Shown: positions 1 through 13,410 of the stretch, piece after piece
Numbering within the stretch: position 1 is the first letter of the stretch
Layout: each line of letters opens with the position of its first letter
Source of the DNA: Camelus dromedarius
Taxonomy: Eukaryota
NCBI RefSeq assembly: GCF_036321535.1
Contig: NC_087437.1
Location: forward strand, 67,210,001 to 67,274,000
Direction of reading: 5' to 3'
DNA: 64,000 nt
Position numbers and translations under genes: made by a program
The notes under the pieces: generated by a model
Seen by the model: only the letters and a program-made list of their open reading frames with translations
Told to the model about the DNA's origin: nothing
The model's database searches: none

Positions 1-11
1 AGGCAGTCAAC

Positions 12-143
12 AGGTGACCGTATCCTAGGAACTGGAATACCTGTGAAAGTAGAAGTGGGCAATATTAATAATCTCTCCAGGACAAAAGGAAAAAAAAAAA
101 CAAAACCTGGGATTGTTCTGGGCAAACCAGCATCTGTTGTTTA
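12..143 (+). mobile_element. MER94-like hAT-Blackjack DNA transposon fossil
   Basis: Starts AGGTGACCGTAT and contains ..CAATATTAATAAT..CCAGGACAA..CCTGGGATTGTTCTGGGCAAACCAG, colinear with my recollection of the ~130-bp MER94 consensus. Confidence 0.6.
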
Positions 144-1584
144 TCAAAGTATTTGCCTAACCACAGCTGTTTTCTCCTTAAGAATAATTCTAGTGTTAAT
201 GGGTAAAACTTTTTTCACCCCGTTACGTATAGTCTCCAAGTTTTATTAAACTCAAACAGCCAATTCTTTCTCTTACTAGGGAAGCGTGTTATTCACTGAA
301 ACAAAATATGCTTTTTATTGGCCATCAGTGTTTACTGTTCGGTGTTCCTCACCCTCTCAAGCTCAATTTTTTCATCTGTGAGATGGAGAATATTATTGCC
401 TGCTAAGGGACTCAAGTGAAAAAAGAAAACCAGACAATAAAGTGTATTGGAGGAGATTAAGCTGTAGAAATATAAGGTTTAGTGTAATCACTGGTATATA
501 TGTATTTCTAAATAAGATTAAAAGTCAGAAGTCACAGGGGAGCTGTGAATATTACACTATATCAGATGGCTTTTCTGGGTTTGATTCTCTGAGCATCTTA
601 TTTGGTGCCTTTTGTTCTTGCTTCCTGACTCTAAACCTGGTCCTTTGAAATAACTTTACCAGTAATCCTGAATCCTGACCTTCAGCCTCCTTATATTTCT
701 GTCTAGGACCTCTACTCAGCAAAGTCATCCAATCACCCTGAATTGTAAGTCGTTGAGTTGGGTTATTGTGATGCTGATAAATGAGAACTAAATTGAAGCC
801 ATCAGCCTCCTTTTACTTACTCACCTATTTCCAGATGTGGAAGTTAATGGGCTAGGATTGGCTGCTAACACTGAGTCTCATCAAAGACCATTTTCCTTAA
901 GGGCATTAACTGCAATTTATTGATTGGGTGGAGGCCTGAGGCATTTGGGGTGTGGATTTGTAGTAGGGCCTCGAAAATGGTTGGGGCTGACATCTAAGCG
1001 TGCCACCTGAGTTTGTCAAATTGAACAGGAACACTGTGACTTCGGATTCAGACACCAGGTAGGCTGACAAAAGGAGCAGTTAAAAATGTCTTACCTTATT
1101 ACAAAGAGGTAAGCAGCTCATTCCTTCTTCTGAGAGTAGGAACATGAGCCCATTTTATATGTGCTGATTTCCACTGCTTAAATCCGGAGATACTATTTAG
1201 TTCTTTATTGTCTCCTGTGGTCAATGATGGCTACTTGGATTGTCTACACTTGCTGTTCCTGCTGCCTCTCCTCCTGTCTTTTTTAAAATTTAAGTATAGT
1301 TGATTTATAGTATTTTGTTAGTTTCAGGTATACAGCAGAGTGTTTCAGTATTTTTGCAGAGGATATCTTATTATAGGTTACTACAAGATAATTGGTACAA
1401 TTCCCTGTGATATATAGTATATCCTTGTTGCTTATCTATTTTATATATAATAGTTTGTGTCTGTTAAATCCATACCTCTATTTGTCCCTCCCTGCTTCCC
1501 TCTCCCCTCTGGTAACCGTAATTTTGTTTTCTATGTCTGTGAGTCTGTTTCTGTTTTACACATAAATTCATTTGTATTATTTTT

Positions 1585-1719
1585 TTAGATTTAATATATA
1601 AGTGATACAGTATTTGTCCTTCTCTGACTTATTTTACTAAACATGATAATCTCTAGGTCCATCCATGTTGTTGCTGCAAATGGCAGTATTTCATCCTTTT
1701 TTATGGCCAAGTAGTATTC

Positions 1720-1774
<55 letters not shown>

Positions 1775-4700
1775 CACACACACATACACACCCCATCTTC
1801 TTAAGCCAGTCATCTGTTGATGGGCATGTGAGTTGCTTCCATGTCTTAATTGTTGTAAATAGTGATGCTATGAATACTGGGGTGCATATCTTTTCAAATT
1901 AATGTTTTCATTTCTTCCAGATACATACCCAGGAGTGGAATTGCTGGATCACATGGAAGTTATATTTTTAGTTTTTGAAGGAACCTCTGTACTGTTTTCC
2001 ACAATGGCTGCACCAGTTTACATTCCCACCAGCAGTGTAGGAAGTTTCCCTTTTCTCCACTCCCTCTCCAGTGTTTATTATTTGTAGACTTTTTGAGGAT
2101 AACTATTCTGACCAGTATGAGGTGGTACCTCATTGGAGTTATGATTTGCATTTCTTAAATTAGAAATGTTGAGCATCATGTCTCTGCTATCTGTCTATAT
2201 GTCTTCTTTGGAAAAATGTCTATTCAAGTCATCTGCCCATATTTTGATTGGATTTTTTTTTTTTAATTTTCAGTTGTATGAACTGTCTGTATATTTTGGA
2301 AATTAAGCCTGTTTGTTGCAATTTTTGCAAACATTTTCTTGTAGTCTGTAGGTTATTGTCATTGTTTTGTTTATGGTTTCCTTTGCAAAAGCTTTTAAGT
2401 TTAATTAGGTCCCATTTGTTTATTTTTGCTTTTATTTCTTTTGCCTTGGGAGACTGATCTAAGAAAACATTGCTATGATTTATGTCAAAGAATGTTTTTC
2501 CTGTGTTCTCTTCTTGGAGGTTTTATGGTGTCATGTGTTACATTTAGTCTTTAAACCATTCTGAGTTTGTTTTTGTATAAATGAAATGTTTATACGAAGT
2601 GTTCTAATTTCATTGATTTGCATGTAACTATCCAGCTTTCCCAGCACCACTTGTTGAAGAGACTTTTTTTTCCATTGTATATTCTTGCCTTCTCTGTCAC
2701 AGATTAATTGACCAAAAGGTGGTGGGTTTATTCTGAATTCTCTCTTCTGTTCCATTGAACTATATGTCTGTTATGTGACAGTACCATGCTGTGTTGATTA
2801 CTGTAGCTTTGCAGTATAGTCTGAAGTCTGGGAGGGTTATGCCTCCCGCTTTGTTCTTTTCCTTCAGTATTGCTTTGGCAATTTGGGGTCTTTTGTGGTT
2901 CTATATAATTTTTACGATTATTTGTTCTAGTTCTGTGAAAAATATCCTAGATATTTTGATAGGAATTGCATTAACTCTGTAGATTGGTTTGAGTAGGATG
3001 GCCATTTTAATAAGTTAGTTCTTTCAATCCAAGAACACAAGATTTCTTTCCATTTCTTTGAATCCTCTTAAATTTCCTTTGTCAGTAGTTTATAGTTTTC
3101 AGAGTATAAGTCTTTAACTTCTTTGGTTAAGTTTATTCCTAGGGTTTTTTTTTTTTTATTTTTTGATAAATGGGATTCTTTTTTTTTTAACTTTTTCTTT
3201 CTAATATTTCATTATTGGTGTATAGAAACACAACATATTTCTGTATATTAATCTAATATCCTGCAACCTTGCTGAATTCATTTATTAGTTCTAATAGTCT
3301 TTGGGTAGAGAGTTTAGGGTTCTCTACATAGAGTATCATGTCATCTGCAAATAGTGGCAGTTTTACCTCTTCCCTTCCAATGTGTATACCTTTTATTTCT
3401 CTTTCTTGTCTGATTGTTGTGGTTAGGATTTCCAATGGGCATCCTTGTCTTGTTCTTGAATTTAGCAGGAAGACTTAGCTTTTTACTGTTGAGTATTATG
3501 TTGGCTATGGGTTTGTCATGAAAGTCCTTTATTATGTTGAGAAATGTTCCCTCTGTACCCATTTTGATGAGAGTTTTTATGAATGGATGTTGAATTTTGT
3601 CAAATGTTTTTTCTGTGTCTATTCAGATGATCATGTGATTTTTATTTTTCTTATTGTTAATGCTATGTATCACATTGGTTGATTTGCATATGTTGAACCA
3701 TCCTTGAGACCCTGGAATCACCCAACTTGAACATGATATATTGTCCTTTTTATGTATTGTTGGATTTGGTTTGCTAATATTTTGTTGAGAATTTTTGTGT
3801 CTATATTCATCAAAGATACTAGCCTGTAGTTTTCTTTTTTGTAGTACCTTTTTTCTGGTTTTGGTATCTGGGTAATGGTGGCCTTGTAGAATGATTTTGA
3901 GAGTGTTGCCTCTTCTTCAGTTTGTTGGAATAGTTTGAGAAGGATATGTTTATATGTTTGGTAGAATTCCCCTGTGATGCTCTCTCATCCTGGACTTTTG
4001 TTTGCTGGGAGTTTTTTTTAAAATTACAGATTCAATTTCACTTCTAATGATCTATCTGTTCAGATTGTCTGTTTCTTGATTCAATCTTGGCAGGGTTGTA
4101 TATTTCTAATGATTTTTCCATTTCTTCTAGGTTATCTGATTTGTTGACATGTAACTGTTCATAGTATTCTCCTGTGATTTTTTAATATCTCTATTGTATT
4201 GGTTGTTTTTTTATTTCTCCTCTATTATTTCATATTTTGTTTATTAGGTTCCTCTCTTTTCTTATTGGTGAGCCTGGTTAAAGGTTTATCAATTTTGTTT
4301 ATCTTTTCAAAAACCAGCTCTTGGTTTCATAAATTTTTTTTCTTTTGGTCTCTATTTTCTTTATTTCCTTTCTGATCTTTATTATTTCCTTCCTTCTGCA
4401 GACTTTGTTCTTCTTTTTCTAATTCCTTTAGGTGGTAGATTAGGTTGTTTATTTGAGTTTTTTTTTTTTTTTTCTGTTTCTTGAGGAAGGCCTGTATCAC
4501 TATGAACTTCCCTCTTAAAACTACTTTTGCTGCATCCTATAGATTTTGTAGGGTTGTATTTTCATTGTCATGTGTTTTGAATTATTATCTAATTTCCTCT
4601 TTGATTTCATTATTGACCCATTCATTTTTTAGTAGCATGTTGTTTATGTGTTTGTTCTTCCCCTGTTTTCTTCATGTGTTTGTTCTTTTCCTGTTTTTCT

Positions 4701-5421
4701 TTCTGTAGTTGATTCCTAGTTTCATACTGTTGTAATTAGAAAAGATGCTTGATAAAATTTCTATCTTCCTAAATTTGTTGAAGCTTGTTTTGGGATTTGG
4801 TATGTGATATATCCTGGAGAATATTCCATGCACACTTTGAAAGAATGTGTATTCTGCTTTTTCTGGATGTAGTGTCCTATAGATATCAATTAAATCCACC
4901 AGTCTGTTGTGTCATTTAGGACCTCTGTTGCCATATTGATTTTCTGTCTAGATGATCTGTCCATTGATATCAATGGGGTGTTAAAGTCTCCTACTATTAT
5001 TGTATTATTATCAATTTCTCCATATATGTCTGTTAGTATTTGCTTTGTATATTTAGGTGCTTCTATATCGGGTGTGTATATGTTAACAAGTATGATATCC
5101 TCTTCTTGGATTGATCCCTTTATCGTTATATAATGCCCTTCTTTGTCTTCTGTTACAGCCTTTGTTTTAAAGTCTATACTGTCTGATATGAGTACTGGTA
5201 CCCTGCTTTCTTGTTGTTTCCATTTGCATGAAATATCTTTTTCCATCCCCTCACTCTCAGTCTGTGTGTGTCTTTCACCCTGGAGTTAGTCTCTTGTAAG
5301 CAGTATATTGAAGGGTCCTTTTTTTTTTTTTTAATCCCATAAGCCACACTATGTCTTTTCACTGGAGCATTTAGTACATTGACATGTAAGGAACTATTGG
5401 TAGGGATGTACTTATTGCCAT
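1585..5421 (-). pseudogene. L1 ORF2 (endonuclease/reverse transcriptase) remnant with multiple frameshifts and stops
   Basis: ORF-track fragments: EN domain (SIYCLQET, EGHYITIKG, IIVGDFNTPL, DLIDIYRTLHP), RT ([12 protein letters not shown]) and C-terminus ([14 protein letters not shown]). Start ATG at 5419-5421 and TAA at 1585-1587 span ~3.8 kb. Confidence 0.93.
1722..1791. repeat. (GT)25 microsatellite followed by TATA and a CA run, inside the L1
   Basis: Read directly from the sequence. Confidence 0.95.
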
Positions 5422-5651
5422 TTTATTCTCTGTTTTCCAGTTGTTTTTGTAGTTCTGCTTTGCTCATTTCTTCTTTTTATTTTTCTCATTGTTGTGTGAT
5501 GATTTTCTTTCGTTGTCTGCTTGAGTTCCTTTCTTTTGGGTTTTGTGTCTCTCTTGTAGGTTTTTGATTTGAGGTTAACTATAATTATATTTACTTGTTT
5601 AAACTGGTACTCATTTAAGTTCAAATATATTTGAAAAGATCTTCAGTTTTT

Positions 5652-6185
5652 TAGAGTTACCATATGATCCAGCAATCCCACTCCTGGGCATATATCTGAA
5701 GGAATTCTAATTTGAAAAGATGCATGCACTCCAGTATTCATAGCAGCACTATTTACAGTAGCCAAGATATGGAAGCAACCTTAATGTCCATTGACAGATG
5801 ATTGGATAAAGAAGATGTGGTATATATGTACAATGGAATACTACCATAAAAATGAATGAAATAATGTTATTTGCAGCAAATGGATGGACCTAAAAATCAT
5901 CATACTAAGTGAACTAAGTCAGACAGAGGAAGACAAATATGATATTGCTTATATGTGGAGTCTAAAAAATGACAAATGAACTTATTTACAAAACAGAAAG
6001 AGAATCACAGACATAGAAAACATACTTATGGTTATTGAAGAAGAAGGAGGGGAGGGATAAATTAGGAGTTTGGGATTAGCAGATACAAACTACTCTATAT
6101 ATAATAGATAAACAACAAGGCCTTATGTGTAGCATAGGGAACTATATTCAATATCTTGTAATAGCCTATAGTGAAAAAGAGTATG
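5652..6185 (+). mobile_element. Nested antisense L1 fragment (ORF2 C-terminus plus partial 3' UTR, no polyA)
   Basis: TAGAGTTACCATATGATCCAGCAATCCCACTCCTGGG...TGGAATACTA...GGGAACTATATTCAATATCTTG...GAAAAAGAGTATG, opposite in orientation to the host L1. The 3' UTR differs from the host's. Confidence 0.9.
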
Positions 6186-7509
6186 TCTTTTTATGTTCCT
6201 CTGTCTCTATGAATTTAGGCTAGAGTTACCTACTGTGGTCTTGAAGGAGTGTTTTTATGTGGGAGCATCCCTAAGTAGACTTCGTGTGCCTACTGTCTTT
6301 GGTGTGTTGGATAGATTTGTTGCGGATGCCAGCCATGTCTTTGCTCAGGATGCGCTGGCTGCTATCACCTTGGTAGAGGTTGTGGCTAGTATTGGAAGAG
6401 TTAGAACGGACTCAGATTATGAGGCAGGACTTCCTCTCTGCTTAGTAGCCACCACTGCCCTTTCATGGGTAGGGGCTGCTCTCAAGTTGCTGGCATGGAT
6501 GCCCTCAGGGTCGGGCTTGAGTTGACTGTAGTCTTTTTAAGCGTGTGTTTTTCCTTTTCTTGGTACTGAGGACTTTGCCCCAAAGGAGGAGAGTGCTGTA
6601 GTAAGTGGGGATCGGTACTTTCAGAGGTCTAATATGCTGCCTGTGTAGTCATCTATGGCTCCTTTCAGATACAGCCCAAGGCTGCATCTTTTCCCCTGTT
6701 GTGGTCATCCCAGATCTAGTGCAAGGTGATGGTTTGGAACGGGCAGGGCCAGAGTGTTTGCTTGACTGGGATTGGGGATCATGATGTGTTGGTTGTCGGG
6801 GTTTAAGTGACTGAGTGCTGCCAGAAGTCTGGACTTTTCTGGGGCACTGTTTGAATAAATGCCAGCAATGGCTCCCACTGCCCCGCCTGGACTGCGTCCC
6901 AGGACCCTGGGTCATCCCAGCATCCTTAGGTTGCATCTTTTCCCAGGACCCGGCTGCCTTAGATCCAGTGCTAAGCTGTGGTGTGGAGTTAGGAGGGCTA
7001 GATTGCTCACTCAGCTTGGACTGGGGAGGGCGGTAAGATGACAGCTGGTAGTGCAGACCTCTCTCTGCTCTGTCTGGTGGCAAGCCAGCACCTGCACATT
7101 CCTTGCAAGTGGAGTCTGGGCTTCTCCAGCTCATCTATCTGCCCTTGCAGTTCTCTAAGCAGCCACAGGGGCTTGTCTTCTCTGTGTAGGACCCCAGGAC
7201 TGGGATGCCCTGTCTGTGTCTTGGCCTGCTCACTCCCAAGGCGAGAGTCCACCTGAGTGGTCTTCCTTATTCTCTTAGTCCCCTTCCAGGGGCACAGGTC
7301 CTGATTCAGTGCTTCATGCCCCCATCCTATCTGATTACATGGGAATCTTTCTTGCAGCCTTGATTGTATAGCAATTCTTCTGCCAGTGTCCAGTTACTTT
7401 TCTGTGAGAATTGTTCCACATGTAGATGTATTCTTGTGTTTGTTGGGGGAGGTGAGCTCCACATCATCTTACTCTGTCATCTTGATCCCCCTCCCTTTCC
7501 TCCTGTCTT

Positions 7510-8740
7510 AAATCCACTCCACTCAGGCTTTTTACCTCCTCAGCTGCAACTAAATTATTATTATAGTGACCATCAATACCTTCCCCATTGCTAAAAATAG
7601 TTCCCAGCTCTGATTCTGATTGCTCTGTCACAGCATTTAACATGTTTGGTTATTCTCTTACCTGAAATAATTTCTTCCTTGGCTTCCAGAACATTACACT
7701 CTTCTTGTGCGGTTGTGTGATTTCCTCGCACCTCAGTGGCCTCTCCATCTGTGTCCCTTTGGTTTGTGCAGCCTGATCTTCTTGACCTCTAAATATTGGG
7801 TTCTGTAGAGTTCAGTGCTTGGATGTCTTCCCTGTTCTGCCTACACTCATTCCCATCCAGACTCATGGATTTAAATATCATCTGTCTGCTAAAGACTCCC
7901 AAATTTTTATCTCTGGTCTGAAACTCTCCTGTGGACTTGAAATGTGTACAATCGTATGCTTACTCAACTGTCTACTTGAATTTTAATAGGCATGTTAAAA
8001 ATTAATATGTCTCATACTGAACTTCTGTTGTTCCCCAAACATGCCCCTCCTAATCTTTCCTTATCAATAAAGGGCAGCTCTTCCCTTTCAGTTGCTTGGG
8101 CCCAAACCCTTGAAGTCATCCATAACTTATCTTTTTTTATCTGGCATTCTACTTTAAATGCATCAGCAAAGTTTCTTGGTTTTATTTTCAAAATGCTCAA
8201 ATATCTAGAATCTGACCACATCTTGTCATCTCTTCTGCTATCACCCTGACCCCATATACCATCCTCTTTCGCCTGGCTTATTGCAGCATCATTCCTGAAT
8301 GGTCACCATGCTTCTGCCTTGGCCCCCTATGTGGTTTCAACGTGGCACCCAGAGTGGTCCTTTAAAAACCAAAGTCTAATTTTGTTACTCCTCTGCTCAA
8401 AACCTTTAATAGGTCCACGTTTCATTCAGAGTAAGAGTCCTTACAAAGCTCTTACTACAAGGCTTTTCATACCTGTTTCTGAGCTGATGTCCTAATAGTC
8501 TCCTCCTGTCTTACTGTGTGTCATCAATGACCACACTGGCTTCCAACACTCCAGCCACATTCCTGCCTCATAAGATTTTCACTTGTTGTTCCTTCTACCT
8601 GGAACTTTCTCTCCAGATATGTGCATGGATAGTTCCCTCACTTCCTTAGGGTCTTTGCTCAAATGTCACCTTCTCAGTGAGGCTGTCCCCAATCATCCTG
8701 TTTAAAATTGGAAACTCTACTCACCCAGAGCTTCCTAGCC
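7510..8740 (+). mobile_element. L2 LINE fossil, split by the L1 (short left piece at ~1200-1264)
   Basis: L2-type motifs AATCCACTCCACTCAGGCT, GACTCCCAAATTTTTATCTC, TACTCCTCTGCTCAAAACC, CTCAAATGTCACCTTCTCAGTGAGGC. Confidence 0.85.
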
Positions 8741-9873
8741 CAATTCTTGCTATATTATAGAAAGTACTATAAATAAAAAATAAAGACAGTGGTCTTATAA
8801 AGAAAATTATTTGGCCATGAATCTTAGTACTAGGTGGAATTTTTATTCTTGAAGGTAATAATGTTTTTGATTTCTGAAGCTTCTTACCAAGAATATAGCG
8901 ATCATCCCTAACCATTCTGTTTAAACATACTGTTTAAAAGAGCAATATCTATGTTACTTGAATGATGTCACATACCTGTCTCTGCATGAGGGACTGACCT
9001 TCAGTCACTACATTCTAGTATCTTTGAACACTTGGTATGGACATGGCATTGTGCTTTTCCACTCCCAACTTTCTTTGTTGGAAATTAACTATATTTGCCT
9101 AAGTGTGTCTGTAAGACCTTTATGTTTTAATCGTATGATAAATTTATTCTAGAATTATGAATGTAAATGCAAATGAATTGAGTCCTCAGTCATTGGGAAC
9201 CACAGGGAGTGGTAGCTAAGTACTGAACAGATTTAGGTGGCAAAATTAGGATCTTGGAAGGTAAGTTAAAGGAAACCTGAAATTATAAAAGCTATCTAAC
9301 AGAGATTGCCTCTGATGATTGGATTGAAGAAAAGGGTCCAGTGCCCACCCTTCTCCATTTCACTGGGTGCGTAGCTGACTGGCTGCTTCTGTCTAAGGCA
9401 ACACCCCAAACCACTCCTCAACCTATTAAAAAAGTGATAACATTATTTAAATATATCTTAGCCTGCTTTCAAATGTGATGCATTTAAAATAAATTTGAGA
9501 TATAAGTGAATTATTCATTTACCAAAGAGCAGACTTTTTCTGAAATAGTTCAGGATAAAAAGCAGCATATGAAATTATCTGATCGTCACCTACTCGCATT
9601 TGAACAACCATATGTACTCTCCCAGTCACTGGATATTTTCAGTCTTCAGACTGAAAGGTCAAATAGCATTTTGAGATTTGAGGATTTTGAGGTCTTTGAT
9701 TAAATCCACACCTACTGGTGATCCAAATGCTGATGGTTCCATATCAGGCAACATCAGGAGAAGAATTTTGCATGTTTGGACAGCTAACACTCTGAAATTT
9801 TGATAAAGTGCAAATTCAATTATTTAGAATTCACAAACTACACATTAAGATATGTGCTTTAATATAGCTTGTC

Positions 9874-9911
9874 CTCTCTCTCTCTCTCTCTCTGTCTCTC
9901 TGTCTATCTCT
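9874..9911. repeat. Imperfect (CT)n microsatellite
   Basis: Read directly from the sequence. Confidence 0.85.
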
Positions 9912-10054
9912 ATTTTTCTCCCTCCAGTTTTCTATCCTTCTGTTTGGAATATTGCCTTAGATGCCTCTTGGTTTAATCAGTGTTAGAGAACATCTAATGA
10001 ATTAGGCAGTCAGTCAAAACTGGAGTGTTTTGAATGGAAGCTCCAATTTCCTCA

Positions 10055-11080
10055 GATGTAGAATCATAGAATCTAAGTTTGGGAGGAACCTTAAATTTTC
10101 ATCTAGACTAATGATTCTCAACTGTAGTTGCACATTAGGATCATCTGGGGAGTGTTTAAAAATACTGATGCCCCAGACCGATTGAAACCAAGTTTCTGGG
10201 GATTGTGCCTAGGCATCTGCATTAAAACAAAAACAAAATCAAAAGCCTAAGTGTTTTTTACTGTGCAGCCAGGATTGAGAGCCATGACCTAAGTAAACCT
10301 ACTTGATGCTTAAATCTCCTCTGCATCATTGTCACTGCCCCAAACTTGACTGGTCTTTCTTAGATACTTCCAAGAAAGAAGTGCTCACTCTGAAATGAAG
10401 AGCTTTGTAGGAAGTTCTTCTTTATATTGATATGGAAGCTTTCTCTGTGTACCTTCTCGACTCATTGTTCCTGATTCTATTACTTGGGATCACAAAGAAC
10501 AAATTTCACCATTCCACGTCACAGTTTTATGGAAATTGAAAGGCAATTGTCATTCATTCACTTTTTTTTTTAACCAAATATTTATTGAGTACATTTTATA
10601 GGCTCAAATCTTCCCTGGAACCCTAATACAAATAAAATATGGTCATTGCACTGAGTATGTTCCCAGTCTAGTGGGAAAGATGGAAAAAACAGTGACATTG
10701 GTGGACTGCTTAACAATGCATTGTTACCTGCCTATCTCCTCAGCTTGCGTCCCACCCCATCTTACTCTTCTCTGAACAGAATAGCCTCATTTCTTCCACT
10801 TGTTTTCGTATGACATTGTTTGGGGCCTTCTGTCTACTCAGGTTTAGACTTACTTCAGATTTTATACATCCCTAAGAAAGGGTTCCATCCCTGTGGCTCC
10901 TAGGGTGGATTACGGATGTCAGATGTGGTCTGAATATACCGAAGAGAGAGAGGGACTTCTGTCTACTTCCTTCCACTTCTAAATGATACACTGATGGCTC
11001 GGTATGAGATTGCAGACAATTAAAGCCATTCTTCACATATCCAAGGCTACATATAATGAGCATATCTATCCTTTGAATGG
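10055..11080 (-). mobile_element. L3/CR1 fossil with nested MER5A and L2 pieces
   Basis: AGAATCATAGAATC terminus, AGGAAGTTCTTCTTTATATTG and CAGATGTGGTCTGA motifs, typical of antisense CR1/L3. Confidence 0.5.
10108..10287. mobile_element. MER5A-type hAT-Charlie MITE
   Basis: ATGATTCTCAACT..CACATTAGGATCATCTGGGGAG..CAGCCAGGATTGAGAGCCATG, with degenerate TIRs. Confidence 0.75.
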
Positions 11081-12199
11081 ATAGGAGGGCAGGAAAGACG
11101 AGTCTGATGATGTCAAAACAAGAGGTTGGAGGAGTTTAACTTCCTTCTCTTGCCTAGCTTGGTCATGGCTCTCTACGTTCATGTGAACATTCTGATAATT
11201 GACCTCTTATGTCACTGATGGTGGGCCATGGATGGGTTTGTCCACAGGTGGGCACTTTTGCTAAGTGAACTGGACCTAAAAGAGAGATAGTGGTGGGTAG
11301 GGAGCAACAGTTTGGTAAAACTCTCTCCCCACCTCCCTGATTTTCATCTATCTGCTAATCAATCTTAGAAGAATGTGGCTTTTTTTAGTGGTCACTTCTG
11401 GATGCAAATTGATCAATTCTACTTCTTAGCTCTTTTTTTTTCTTTGCTCTAAGCTAGATGGTGGAGTACATTTGTTGATTTCTGGTATTACCTTATGATT
11501 TTATGGCAACTGTTAAGTCAGTGACTTATTTGACCTTTATCTGATTCATCTTTTACACATTTTAGGGTGTCAGGGTTATTATGGACCAGTAGAAATCCTC
11601 ATCAACTGACATTTTCATTGTTTTCCCCAAACCACTCTCTCCCTTTATGTTTGCCAATTAGCATCTCAAAAAAGGATGCTGCTATATATTCATATTTTTG
11701 CATTCACATTTAATGAACTGTTTCACAGATATTTATAACCAACAGATTCTGCACTGCTGAAATAAAAATGGATGCACTGAAGGCAGATCAGAGCCGTAAC
11801 ATCAACATCAGGCTAAGTAAACCTTCATTGAGGATGTGTCACATAATTGGTTCAGATTAGAACCAATTGGGGAAGATTTGGGCAAGTTTCTTCACTATTG
11901 ATGCCTTCTTCAGTATCTCTCCTATAAGAATAAGATGTCACCATCCAGAAGGCCACACGTCTGACCACGCAGTGTGCGCTAGGTCGGCAAGCATTCAAGA
12001 TGGATGCTGTCGAAGTTCAAGTGTCTGAATGGGAGTGGAACAGTGAGGAAGAGACTCCATTCCCAAAGCCTTTAATTTGCCTACTGCTGGGCACAATAAC
12101 TTGTTCTAGAGGCTGGGGTTACTTTTGTAGATGTACATAAAGGATGTGTTTGAAAGCAGGCTTTAATCTACCTGCCCACTTTTCTTACCCAAACTCCAG

Positions 12200-12730
12200 G
12201 TGCTCAGGTCTTCAAGGAGCAAATTTGTGCCAATGCCAGTGGCCTGTTTCACCCTCACCATCCTGTCTTCTCAGCAGCATTTGACTTCACTGACAATTTG
12301 GATCTTGGAAACCCCTCCCTGTGCTCTCCAGTTCACTCTGCCATCCTGCTTGGTCGTGTCTCTCTGGTCCATCCTTCTCTCACTTGGCCCTCCCACTCCC
12401 TAACCCTGGGCAGTCCTCAAGATTCAGTATTTGGTTCTCTGATGTTGTTTATGTGTACTTTTTCATTTGAGTTTCTCAGGATTTAACTACCAATTAAGTG
12501 ATTCTCTGCTCCAAGTTTTTATTTCCAGCCCTAGAGCACAACGTACATTATCAATGATCTGTTAAAGGCAAGTGTCACTGTACTTATTATTATGTGTTAT
12601 CTTTACATAAATCTGCCTGCATTTGCTGCTGTCAAATATTGTCAGTACTTGAAATCCAACCCTTTTTTTTTCTTTCCTGGTTTCCCTCTCTCTTTAGTGG
12701 TAGTCACATTCTCCCAGCCATCTAAGCATA
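12200..12730 (+). mobile_element. L2 fossil
   Basis: TCTCAGCAGCATTTGAC, CCTCAAGATTCAGT, ATTTCCAGCCC motifs. Confidence 0.6.
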
Positions 12731-12744
12731 TTGGCATTCTTTTT

Positions 12745-13410
12745 TCCCCTAAGCAAATACAGCTATTGACTATAGTTCAGGCACTGTTCTAGGTGTTGGG
12801 TAGATAATGGACTAAAAGATACAGTCTGTGCCTTACTGGAGTTTGCATTTCAATGGGAGAGTTAGGCATTAGTCATATAATCACAACATATACCTGACTA
12901 CGTGCATGAGAAGAGCAACAAAGCAAGACGTGCAGGGAGCTGTGAAGATGTATGACAAGGACCTCACTCAGGCTGAGAGGGAGGGAGGTCTTCCTTGCAG
13001 AAGTGGTATTTGATCTGAGATCTGAATCATGAATCAGGGCTGGAGAAGGCCATCCCAGGCACAAAACCCAGCCTTACTGAAAGTCTTGGGAGTGGGGGTG
13101 TCAGTGGGAGGAAACTGTGCAAGTCAGAGCAACAGAGAGAAGGATGTAGGTAGAAAAGTAATGTGGAAGGGAGAGTGGAAAGGGATGAGGCTGAATCAGA
13201 GCATGAAGGGCCTTCAGGCCACATTGAGGATTTTGGTCTTTATCCTAAGAGCTATCACAGCATACTAAGTAAGGGAATAACACGATCAGCTTTATATTTT
13301 TAGATAACCATGGTCTATGAGGAAGAGAATGGATTGGCAGGGGAGGGGCAAAAATGGATGTAGGGACCCTGGTCTGGAGGCTGCTGCAATAGTGCAGATA
13401 AGGACGAGGG
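12745..13410 (-). mobile_element. L2 3' region fossil
   Basis: CAGGCACTGTTCTAGGTGTTGGG, GGAGGTCTTCCTTGCAGAAGTGGTATTTGATCTGAGATCTGAA, GGAGGCTGCTGCAATAGTGCAG. Confidence 0.8.

Larger units (their letters stand above)
1281..7493 (-). mobile_element. LINE-1 with both termini, ORF1 missing, ORF2 degenerate (older artiodactyl-type 3' UTR)
   Basis: T-rich tail and L1 3' UTR at 1281-1585, then ORF2 fragments. GC-rich 5' UTR at ~6190-7493 begins GGAGGGGGATCAAGATGAC on the minus strand (degenerate YY1 site). 16-bp TSD CCT(C/T)TCCTCCTGTCTT at 1265-1280 and 7494-7509, followed by AA (TCTT/AA endonuclease-type site). Confidence 0.95.

Noticed and set aside
5652..6230. TAGAGTTACC at 5652-5661 and 6221-6230 as a TSD of the nested L1
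   Set aside because: The first copy is ordinary L1 ORF2 sequence and the second lies ~35 bp inside the host 5' UTR, not at the junction; probably coincidental.
6649..7134. 161-aa ORF and overlapping ORFs in the L1 5' UTR
   Set aside because: No ORF1 or other recognisable motifs; long frames are expected in GC-rich UTR sequence.
11845..11868. 9-bp stem hairpin AATTGGTTC / GAACCAATT
   Set aside because: Too short for a pre-miRNA and within chance expectation.
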